Positions 45,057-57,000 of a DNA stretch of 64,000 nucleotides are shown here, one piece after another (within the stretch, counting starts at the first letter, position 1; the number at the start of each line of letters is the position of its first letter). The notes under the pieces were generated by a model that saw only the letters and a program-made list of their open reading frames with translations, had not been told where the DNA came from and did no database searches. The stretch lies in the IMG/VR virus record IMGVR_UViG_3300028581_003594, positions 8,694-72,693 of that record; one strand, written 5' to 3'. The DNA comes from a virus. Made by a program: the position numbers and the translations under genes.

Positions 45057-48000
45057 TTATTCAGGCGCATTTGTTGGTTCTCCTGCTATGAATCTAGCTT
45101 GGTTAGTTGTTGATTTTTGTAGTCCTTTTCCATCGGAAGCCGTGCCCGAGCCGGTTGTGTACCACACCCTGCCCCGCTTCTGTACCACTTTTACCTGCAC
45201 TTTTGCAGCTGGCACGCTGGCCAGCACCACGTTGGCGGTGCTGCCATCCACTGTGAAGTTGGCTGTGCTGCCATCTTCGCTGATGTGTGGCAATCTCTTG
45301 CCGCCCACGAACACGTCCAGCTCATTGGGAGTTGCCGCCGCTATGCTGGTGGGGAACTGGGCAGTGCTGCCATCGGACAGTGAGGTCTTGGTGAAAACTG
45401 TTTCCGCATATGGCACTGTCTGTGATCCTGATGCGTCCACTACCTGTGTTCCTGATGTGTGTGTGCGTATGCCCGTGCCCAAAGTACCCCTGCGCAGTTG
45501 TGACAATGTGTTGTTGTTCTTGATGAAATATTCTATCCTCTCCTTGTCTATGAAGATGACTCCCGGTACGGATCCTCCTGGGGGAGTGGCCAGTTTGCTT
45601 CCGTCCGCAACTGTGATTGAAGTTGCATCTTCCGTCAGCGCCGCCGCCAACGCAGTTGTGTCATCGGAACTGATCCTCTTGAAGAAGGTCCTGTTCAGCA
45701 TGTCCTTGAATATCCTGAAACCTGTTGCCAACTTGGCGCTCTCCACCGCGAAGTACATCACGTCCACTCGGTCTGTGGCAGTGAGAGATATGCCACTTAT
45801 TTTTAATTTCTTGCCGTCGACGAAATAATTTGATCCAAACGTGAAATCATATCCCTGGGTCAATGCCTGTCCATTCAACCAAACGAACAAGTAGTCGCTG
45901 TTCATTGGCGTGTCCTGCAGCACGAACTCTCCGGTGCTGTTTCCTGCGAAAATTTCTCTTCTTTGATTCATCCCCAGTGCGTTGTTGAAAGTGGTTGTTG
46001 AGAATGTTGTGCCGGACGTCAGCGTGATGCCATCCGTGGCCAATTGCGCTGGCCTGAATATTATATCAGCGCCCTCGGTGTAGTAGTGGTTGTCCAACAG
46101 CACCGACACCGCCACGACATCTGTGCTGGCGGGGGCCGATACCAACTGCACCTGCTGCGTGCCAAGGTTCACTGTGTAGTCTGTGCCTAGATCTTTCTTG
46201 GTTCCATTCACAAACACCTGTGCCTGAGTGGCGCTGGTGACAGCGTTGGCAGGATCTGTGCCCAGGCTGTAGGTCACGGTGCTGCCATCGCCCGCGTAGT
46301 ATGTGTTGTCGGGTCCTCGTAATATCTTTCCACCAACTTCGATCATGGTCAGTCCAGAGAATGGACCTATGGATCCTGACGGATATGTCAGTGTGTACCT
46401 GTTGCCACCGTCGTGAACTTTTTGTTCAGCTCTGATCTCTGCCTGTGCCCTGCCGCTGCCGGCTGGCTGATTGAATGCTGCTATCTGTATGGATTTTCCG
46501 ATCGCTGGCGCGGTGTTGAATGTCAAAGTGATTAATTTATTAGCGGTTGTGTATGTGTAAGCCGTTGTGGGAACTCCGTCCACAGTGACGTAGAGCTGGC
46601 TCATAGCGCTGTCCAGCTGGAATGACTCTCTCGCCGCGGTGACGAAGGATGTTGTCGATCCATCTCCGATCAAGGTGTTTATCACGATGTAGTTGCTGCC
46701 TGACATGGCAAAGCTCTTGATGCTGATCTTGGCGTTGGCTGCTGGGGCGGCCAGCATAGTAATTGTCTTGGCGTCAACGTCAACCGTGTAATCAGTCGTT
46801 AATCTTTTGGTCTGACCATCTATCATCACTATCACTGATTCCAGTGTTCCTGGCATCTGTCCTATAGCGAAGGTCGTGGTTGATGCGTTGCCAATATAAT
46901 TTTTCATCATGATGAATGGAACTCCTGATTCTGGAGTGGTGTAGACCTTGATGTCCACTGTGTCAAACATGCTGCCTGGCAGGTTCTCTTCTGGGGCGTA
47001 GCTGGTCTCCGGCGTCACGAAGCCGTCACCCTCTAATATGATGTCACTTGGCGCTATGCCCACCGCGGATCCAAAAAGCCCGCCCGTGATTATGGAGTCC
47101 AATGTTTTGTCGTCTGTGGGTGTCAACACTCCATCATCATTGAACAATATGAACTGTATCTCATCGCCAGTTCCTGCCACTGCGCTGTCATCTGGGATGA
47201 CCGTGAATGTCTTGGTCGAACCATCTCCTCGGAACACCAATGATGTTTGCCTTACCCCGTTTATGTACACTGTGTAAACATCGGTAGCGCTTGGAGCGGT
47301 GGAGAAGGTGAAGCCCGTGGTGCTTCCGTCTCCATAGAAAGTTTGCACCCTGCTGAGTCCGTATGAGTCCCATGGATTGTCATACCATGGACTCCTGTCC
47401 CATCCTTGGCTGTTGTCAAATGCCAATCCGGTAACCATGACTCCACCGTAGTCCACGCCTGTCATTACTTGAGAAAGCTCATTGCCCGGCATGCCCGATA
47501 TGGGATCATACATACCCAGCGTCCTCTCGGCCGCGGTCAAGTATGGTTCATCACCTCGCAACTTGGTGAGATATGGCAAGCCGTCCTTGAATTCTGCTGT
47601 GCTAGTGAAGCCGCTGTTGACCTTGTAGAATCCCTGTTCGTACCTGATCAGGTCATTGAAAGCATAGTCACGATTGGCCTCCCAAAGCAGCACCGTGGCC
47701 GTGGACTGCACCCTATCAAATTTTATGGTTGTGTGAATGTCCCTCACCACATCGTTGGTCAGATTGGCATAGGCCCTGGCAAAGTTTGCCGGCGTGGTGC
47801 CCCCCGCTCCCCCACCCGTCAGCACCACCGTTGGGGTGGCTGTGTAGTTCGTGCCGGGAGTCAGCAACCTGATGCTGGTCACCGATCCGCCCTGTACTAT
47901 CGCAGTGGCAGTGGCCTGCGTGTTGTCCGCCGTGGTGTAGACATCATAACCGGAAGGCCTGTCCGTGTTGGCAATGTTCTGCCCTGTCGTGGGCATGTGG

Positions 48001-51000
48001 AACTCCAGTCCGGGATACTCCACAAACGTGAATATTGTGCTGGTGCCCGTGCCGCCCGCGCTATCATCTGCCACCTGTGCGTCCAGGGCCGCGGTATACA
48101 ATGGATAGTAGTATCCAGACTGCCCCGAAGTTGTGCCACTGTTGCTCTGTCCCAATACAGCAAATGGACCCACTGATTTGGTGGTTCCCCCAACCAGTGT
48201 CACTGTGGGCGCGGTCACATATCCGCTGCCGCCCTTGGTCACTGCTATGGAAGTCACATATTTCTTGTGATTGTCTCTCCAGAACCTGTATGGATATCTG
48301 GACATCACTCCCACGTCCGCCACTGGGTCAACGTTCCTGGTATTGCTTCCGTCATAGAAAGCCGGCAGGTCGAAATCGGTTATGATACCATCTTGTGTGT
48401 CTGTGTTGCTGTATCCTAACTTATATTCCCGTATCTTGGTGTGGAAGGGCTTGACCTCATTGATGTAGTCTTCAACGAAATTCTCATTTCCGATGTTGTA
48501 GGTCTTCCTCTGGTCAAGTGGTCTCAGTCGGTTGGTCACGTTTATGAATGACGTGGTGCTCAACCAGTCCACGTAAAGCTGCTCCTCCAACACCTTCCTC
48601 AAACCTATAAAAAATATGTTGTTGTATTCCACTGCCAGGTCGCCCACGAATATGTCGTCCCTCAGGGCCCGCAGCACATTGCGAGTCTCGGTGGTTGGCT
48701 CCTGGTCGAAGAAATTCTCGTCGAATGTGTCATCCGCGTTGTATCCGGTGTTGTCGATCGTGTAGTCATACAGAGCAGCGGAGATTTGTATGGTCCCGTT
48801 CTGCGTCGCCACGTTCCTCATCTCGTCGGTGGTCTTCTCGAACAACTTCCATCCGCCGGTGTCGGCCTTCAGCACTTTCACGATGTCGCCGATCTCCAGC
48901 GGCAGAGCATCCATCTCATATTGGAAGTTAACTTGCTTGTCGATCAACGTATTCTCGTCATAACCTTTGTCATACCAATCGGCCAGGCGATAATATTTGC
49001 TGGTGTTGTACGTCTGTACCTTGGTTCTGTTCCACTCCGGCGCATTCCATTGATATATCGCCCAGGATCCACGGCTGTTCTCTTCATCGCTGGCAACCAG
49101 CACGTTGATGATACCGCTGATGTCTCTGGTGTCGATGTATGTAAGGTCCGCGTAGCTCTCCACCCTGCTGTCCCATTCTCCCGATGTGCTGGTGGGTTCG
49201 GGGTCCTTTGAATTTAAATTGTCATAACCAATGATGTCTGCCAATTGGTTGTTTTTCAATATGGTGTTGCTGTAGTCTATGATCTCTTTCAGCGCGGCGA
49301 ACCTATCCAGGTACCAACTCTGCCTCGGCCTGATCCTGTTGCCATATCTTTGATTCAATGGAAGAGTGAGATCTGGAACTTCGTTGCCTATCAGATCCTT
49401 GCCCACCAAGCTGTCCCACCACTTGTTCTCCAGCAGGGCCTTTGGACGATCGTTTTTATCTCCTTGCTTGATGATGTTCCACACAGCGTGTGACTCATCG
49501 AGGTTGTCATTTTTCCTGTAGCTTACGTTCAGTATGGTGTTGTCATTGACCAGGCTGTTTTTGACATTATAGGTTATCAATGAGTTGTTGCCTGTCACAG
49601 CATAATATTTTATTCCTGTGGATAATGGGTTCCTTATCACGTTGGCCACATAAGCGGCAGTGTTTTTCCTGTCCACCACTGCTTTGCCTTTTGGTGGGAG
49701 GAACACAGAGTTCCTGACCCAGAAGTAATAATAGTTCACGTAGCTGTCCGACACAGGATTATATTTTTGCTTGACTGTGAATACTGTGTTGTCCGGATGC
49801 AATGGCCTGCCCGACACGCCGATGGCCAGTCCTGGCGTGGTGTCAGACCTCTGGGAATATTCCGATGGCGCAAGTGTAGATTCCACCCACTCATAGATGT
49901 CCACTGATGATCCAGGGAAGAGATTGCCCCAATTCTTTGTCTGATATTCCACATTCTGCTGCTCGTACCACAACCACCTTACTCTCCCCAAATCCCACCA
50001 AACTTCTCCCACATGCTCTTCTCCCCATGCTGTCTTGGCATTGAGCGTCTTGCCTCCCGTGGCTATGTTGTAAATTGCAGGATCCCATTCTGTCTTGTAA
50101 TTTATTTCCCTGTCGGCAACTCCCAATATCCTGCCTTTGACGGGATCATAATAATCCAGATAGTCAATTATCTCATTCTTTGCCGAATCAAATATAAACA
50201 CGGAATCTATACGGCTGTCGTCGATGAGGCTTGTTTCAGTTGACAACGCAGTCCATGCATAATTTCCCGGAGTGTTGAGGTCGAACACCGTCACAGTGCC
50301 GTCGTCAACCCTATAGGTGCTGCCGTCCGTGGTCAACGTGTCGTCATCTGGTGATCCAACGAACACAGATGTGTCGGTGATGAATATGCCCCTGCCAAAG
50401 TCGTCATTCTCGTTCACGCTGGTGGTCACTAATTTGTCGTCGATAACGTACTTGGTGTTGTATTTTGTCGCTGTGAACACTGCTCCAGATCCAATGTTGA
50501 GGTCAACTATCAGCGTGTCTCCAAGATCGAACGTGGTTGAGTTGCTGTCAAATCTCATGGTCCTGCTGTTGCCAAATTTTTCTGCTCCTATCACTATTCT
50601 ATTCTTCATGCGATTGATCTGCACGGTGGATCCAAATCTTATGTTGCTGGCCGCTTCGGGGGCAGCTATGGTGTCTGACAGTGTGTAGGTATTTGTCGAC
50701 CCATCTGCCTTCCATTTGTAGACGTACACTGCGCCGGCGTCGGTCTGCTCGCCCGCTTCGGTGCCCGGGGCGGAGATCACCAACAGTTCTCCGTCTATGC
50801 TCATGGAGATCGCCTCTCCAAAGGCGGTGTTCAACGTGCTGCCATCAGCGTTGACTCCCTTCAGCGTCTGGCGATGGGTGAATATGTGCTTGGTGCTGCC
50901 GTCCTCCACGGTGCTGCCGTCATCGTTGACGCTGCTCCTGGTGAATATCTCCACCATGCCCGCCGATCCCGGGGACACGCTGCTGATGGCTATGATGTCC

Positions 51001-54000
51001 GCGTTTTCATTGACCGCCACGCGATGACCAAATCTCTTGCCGGATCCTGGCTCTGTGCTGAATATCGCTGAGTCTTGCCTCCACACCTGTATGGTGCTGT
51101 CTCCCACATCCTTTTGTAGGGTATGCACGTACACCACGCCGGAGTCTGAGCTCAGTCCTGGCGCCGAGGCGAAGAGGAACTTGGGCCTCGTGGACACCGT
51201 GCTGTTGTCCGAAGGTTCAGCTATGGCCACCGACCATCCATAATTCATGTTGACCAGCGTGCTGCTGTCGTCCGATGGTGGCAGCACAGTGTGTGACAGG
51301 TCGTACTGCTTGTTGGTGTTGTTCCATGCCCAAACTTTCACAATGCCCACGCCGTCCTGCCTGGTGCTGGTTGGTCCCAGCGTCCTGGTGTAAGGGGCAC
51401 CGGCCGCTATGTAGTTCTCGTCTGTGCTGATGCACAGTGATTGGCCTAACCTTGACTCATCAGTATCGCCGTCCGCCATGGCGAAGGATGACACCACTGT
51501 GAACAAGTTGCCGGGCAGGTTCTCCTGCCTGAACAGGAAGTGCAGCGATCCCTGTCCTTGGTCCGGGGCCGCCACGCATATCATCCTGCTGTCGTTCCTG
51601 GCCACTATGTTATAACCAAAATCCTGTTGGTTGTCCGCGTCCGGTGATGCCAATATTGTGCTGGTGTAGGGATCGGTCTTCTCGTATATCGTCCACCTGC
51701 CGTCGGGATTGGTGTCGGCGAACACCCTGTCTCCGTTGACAAAATTGGTCTGGTCCACGTCTCTGTAGACATTGTAAGATATCCTGTCATTGACCTCATC
51801 CATGCTGGAGAACCTGACGCTGACCCATTTGTACACGTTGCCGTAGGTAACTAATGTGGACTCATCTATCCGCAGGTTCAGAGAGCTCACAACGCTTATG
51901 GCTCTGCTTTGATTGAAATTGAATATGACGGAGTTGGCGTTGGGCGTGCTGATAATCTTGAACACACCATTCAGTTGCGAGAACTGGCTGTTGAGTATCG
52001 CAAAATATTCACCCACTTGGAAATTATGCGGATTTGTAAGTATCACTTCCACTTGGGTGGCGTTGTTTATCTGCCTCATGGCTATGATTCTCAGGCCAGT
52101 TGACGTCAATCGCAGCATGTCCCAATCATTATTTTCTTTTTTGGCCATCCAGACTAGGTCATTCTTGGTCACAGATGAAACGTTCAAATTTAATAGATCA
52201 TTGATGTTAAAGGCCGTGTGGTCCGCATCGATCAACCTAGGATAGCCAGCAGTTTTGTATTTCTGCACGGAATCTTTGTCAATGCCGGGCTGAGAATAGT
52301 CAAACCTAGCAAAAGTATCGTCTGCCATGTACTCCAGGGGTTTGGAGAATAGCTGTGATTTTATGACCCTAGCTGATTTCTCCCAGTTCGATTGGTCGGC
52401 GATATCGTCTAATATTTCTATGCTCTGTATATTGCTGGTGAAGGTGTCACTCGGCATCCTTATTTGCACTGACTGTGCGTTGTCAACGTTGCCAAATTCT
52501 CCCGCACGGATCATCCACTCGGGATAGACTTCCAGATCTATATCCTCTCCGTAGAACCTGCTCTTGACTAGCTTATCTATGGCGTTCAGCGTGCCCTTCT
52601 CACGGATGAATCCCTGATAGAACTTGTATTGGCTTACATCGTTCTGGAATAGGTTGTCAAGATAATTTCTTGACTGATAACCTGTGAGATGCTGTGCCAA
52701 TTTCTGCTGTCCTTCATCAAAATTATTGCTCTCCAAGTTGTAAAAATCATTGAACTGGGCGATCTTGTAATCAAAATTTGGTATTAGTTGCTGAGTCGGT
52801 TTGCTTTTTTTCTGCAGCCAGTTTACTGTTGCGAAAGTGTTTCCGGAATTATGATTTTTATTGGCCGTGAAAAATCTAGAGTTGTACTCCACTGTGTCAC
52901 CTATTTGGTAGTCTGTGTTGGCCGTCCATAAGTTTACCTTGGCCTCATCAAAAACAAATCCGGGAGAGTAGTAGTCACCATTCCAGTCACCGGTCTTCCA
53001 CCCGATCAATTTCAATCTCTGTTGCCTGAATCCTGTGGCCAGCTGCAGGATGATGTCTGAGAACACAGTGGCGTTGTCAAAAAGCAGCAGGTGTTCCTTC
53101 TGCACTGCGTTGATGGATATGTTGTATATGCCCGAGTCTGGAAACTTGCTTACTATCTCGAAAGTGGTGCCCACACGCTTGGTGCTGATGGATTTCTCCG
53201 GCATCGTTCGCCCCGAGGCGTCCAGCACAGTGTATTCACCTTGAAGATTTCTTAATTTGCCTACCACGCTGTCTCTGGTCACGAGGTTGAATCCTCCAGC
53301 GCCTGGGCTCAGCGTGATGGCCGATCCGGGAGCCCATCCCTGCCTGGTCCAATAGATAAACTCCTTGGCGGACGTTTCCCAGTTTGCCGTTTCCTCCAGC
53401 TCCTTGGAGAACCTGTCAAAAACAAATCCCTGCGATTCGAGATATTTTCCATATCCCGTCAAAAAATCCACCACGGACTGTATGTCCTTGAAAACCGTGC
53501 CATAAGTGATGATTTGTTCCACCTGGGAGAAATCTTTGTAAATCACTGCTCTGGCGCTGCCGGCCTCGATGTTGTAGCTGTTTCCATTCTTTAGAGGTTG
53601 AAAAATTTTGAAGTATGGTTTGATGGTATTGTATCCTATGATCTTGTAGCCACCCTCCAGAGTACTGCCGTCACCTGAGACAGCTGTGTTGGATTCAACC
53701 AACACTCCGGAATATTCAAAAGTGTTTATGGGATTGCTTACCCTGAACAGTATCTTATAGTTCTCGTCGGGTATAAATTGCGATCCCGCTGTGGATCCGG
53801 GACTCACGCTGTCTGTCAGCACCCTCAGGTTCTGCTTGTCTGAGAATCCTCCCAGCTTGTATGACAGTTGCACGTTGAGGTCTTTCATCTTGTCATAGAA
53901 AAATACAGCGGGATCGAGATTACATTTGATTAGGTAATTTACTATCATTGGCTGGTATCCCGCCGTGATGTATCGTGTGGTGGATTGGGTCAGGGTGTCA

Positions 54001-57000
54001 ACTGTTACCTCTAAGTGATACTTGGCCTGTCGTGTGTTCTGGGCCACCAGCGTGTCCGTGTCTATGATGTTGCCCGCTTTGTTCTCACTTAATCTGCTGT
54101 TGTCAAGAAAAAGTCCAAAAAACTTTGCCGGCCTCGTAAGTGCCAGCAACTTCATCACCGCGAAAGGATATTGTGCGCTCGTCCTCCACGCGGTCTCCGC
54201 TGGAGCATGATCACCAAACTTCCATGTCCTGTCAAGTCCGGCAGCCGCGTAGCTGTCTATAAGTCCGGTCTGCAAAGGTGACAGCAATTGTCCATTGGCA
54301 TCAACCGGCAGATAATTCAAAAGTCCTGGCCTCACATATCTTGGGTTAGAAGTGTGCGAGCCGTGATCATATCCACTTGCAAGGTCATTCCATAACAGTT
54401 CATTTCCCGAGCTGTATGGTGCTGGACCGTAGTGCTCCACCCACCAAGCGGGTCTCTCGCTGTAGCCCAACATCTCCCATGGATGTGTGTGCGGCCTGTC
54501 GGTGTCATAGAAATGTTTGTATATGCCCCTCCAATATCCAGGCAGATATTCTCCATTGATCGAGTCTTTGTTCCTGCTGTAGTTGAAAGTGAAAGCGTTG
54601 TTAGATTCGTATGTGTTATTTTTTTGATAGTCCACTCCGTTCCTACCAGCCCAAGAATAAAAATCGTGACCCATGATATCATTTATTTCCCTGATGGTGT
54701 AATCACCGGCAGTGAATCCCGATGGACTGACTTCTGATTTGGGCAATAGCTTGGCATCATATTGAGTCTTGCAGTTGTTGTATATCCTTTTCTCTAATTC
54801 CAGCAACACGTCGTCCCTGTAATCTCCATGCGCCAGTGTCCTGCTGCCGTCGTGCCCTACTATCACATATGCCGGTGACACATAAGTTTCGTCCAACACT
54901 TTTTCTGGCCTGTAACGAGGATACATGCCCAGTTTGGTTGGCGTAGGTGGGATGAAGCTGCCGGTAGTGTCATTGTAATCCTTGATCTGGATCACGTCAC
55001 CTTCAGTCAATGTGGCGGTTATGTTGACGCTGTCATCTGCGTCACTGAACGTGTAGTCATAACCATTCAACAGCTGGACGCCATTGAGATACAAATACAC
55101 CGCGCGGTTGCTGGGGATCGCGTCGTCAAATTGGCTGTCTATGGAATATTGAGTCTCGGTGCCGTCCTGCACCGTGTAGGTCCTGGTGCTGACTTTTTCT
55201 CCATGACCAACCATGTCCTCATAGTAGAATGGAAAACTGGTGTTCTTCTGCTTGGTCATTATCCTCAATATCTCGTCCACCGCCTGCGCGGCGTCCTCGT
55301 ATGGTTTTGCTATGGTGAAGTTGGCCTGGAACGCCTCTTTGAATTTTTGATATTCCATCGAGCAATAATCGATTGACGATATGGCGTTGGCGTGTTGATC
55401 TATGAGCAGGAACACGGCCTGTGGTAGCGGAGAGGAATGCTGCAGTATGGTTCCTCCCTTGGTTCTGACATCTGGCAGATCACGTAGGTTGCTGTCTCCC
55501 GGGGTGTCGCCGGTCATTTCGACATTTTTCTCATTTATGTCGTGCAAGTGGTTCATTATCTGGCCAAATGTGAATTCTCGCAATTGCTCATTGAATGGAT
55601 TCACTGCCAAGTTTTCCGGTATCTGATATAAACCTTTGCCCTTGATCTTCTTGGCACTGCTGAAGCATGTTATTTTGACAATGTCTCCCACCGACAGATC
55701 GTATGTGAACTTGACGTATTTGTTGGTGGTTCCATTGACCAATGTGTAATCGGTCGTTATGTTTTGCACCTTATGATTCACGTCCACCTGCACCTCCAGG
55801 TCTGGTAGCTGTGCACTGTTGGCAAATACATCTACGGGAAACAATCTCAACTCATTTGATTCCACTATGAACGTTCTCAACACCCTCTGCCTGCTGGGCT
55901 CAGCCATCTGCACCCAGGATGTTCTCGGTAGATTATGGGTCCTATCAATTATATAATTCACATGTCCGGTACTGAAATTTTTTGATACCATGGAATCCCC
56001 GCTCTTGTATGTGAATGATGATGATGCGATGTCGGATGAAAAAACTATGTCGCCCACGTTGTTGATGGTGTTGTATTTGACCCTGATACCCAGCACAGTG
56101 TCTATGGGTGACGTGTCGGAAGTCTTGTATTCGAACAGCGCCGCGCCCTCGAATGTGGAATTTGGATATATCGCGGGATCATTGAATGCCACGTGATCAT
56201 CGTCCTCTATGACAAACAATGGTTTTTGATTGATGGCAGTCTTAGTTTGTCCCTGTTGCCACGTTGCTGTGGACTCCGTGTAATAAAGTGTTTTGCCTTG
56301 GTAGACCGATCCCAGTTCGGCGTAAACGGTCTGTCCATCTTGCGGAAGACCGTCCGACTCCAGAGTAAGGTTGATCTTGGACACTCCAGCTATGGTCACG
56401 AAGTTTACCTTATAGATCCGGTTATTGACCGTGGCGTCGGTGTCGGCCGTGAACAGCACACGCATGCCCTGGGAAAATGGCACCCCGTCCACGATGTATC
56501 CCAAAGAATTTGGAATGGCAGAGAACACGTCTGTGGTGAAGGCATCCACCAGCGCCACGGAGTTTAGTCCCTGTGTACCGTGATCGAACAATTGCAGTCC
56601 GGAATCAAATTCTATTATGGGCCTCTTGGCCCTGCTGGTCTCTGACAGTGACGTGGCGTTGCCGTTGACCTGATCCGCGGCCGCGATCGCGGACCTGTGG
56701 AACCATCTGTTGTATCTGCTCCAGGCGTTGTTGTCAAAGCTGTCTCGCTTGATGGTGATGTAGTCCGGCGTTTCGGGTCTGTAGAAACTGATGGCGTAGG
56801 GTCGTGTGTCATAGGCCACACTATCGTAGAGCTCAGTGGTCTCTGTTGAATAATGTTCGGGAGTTATCAATTTAGCAGTGTCCGTGAGAGTGATATGATC
56901 TCCCACTCCTTCCACATAATATTCTCTATTGGCGTATGCGGCACTGGTGGTGTTTGATCCAAATTTAACTTTCATTCCATTGGTCAGTTTGGTGCCAGTT

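Noticed and set aside
3055-45070. Longest-ORF starts given in the track (3055, 16892, 20428, 26206, 29428, 30912, 31714, 32878, 36743, 37588, 45070)
   Set aside because: They overlap upstream genes or lack signals; downstream starts fit SD, stop-start coupling and domain boundaries better.
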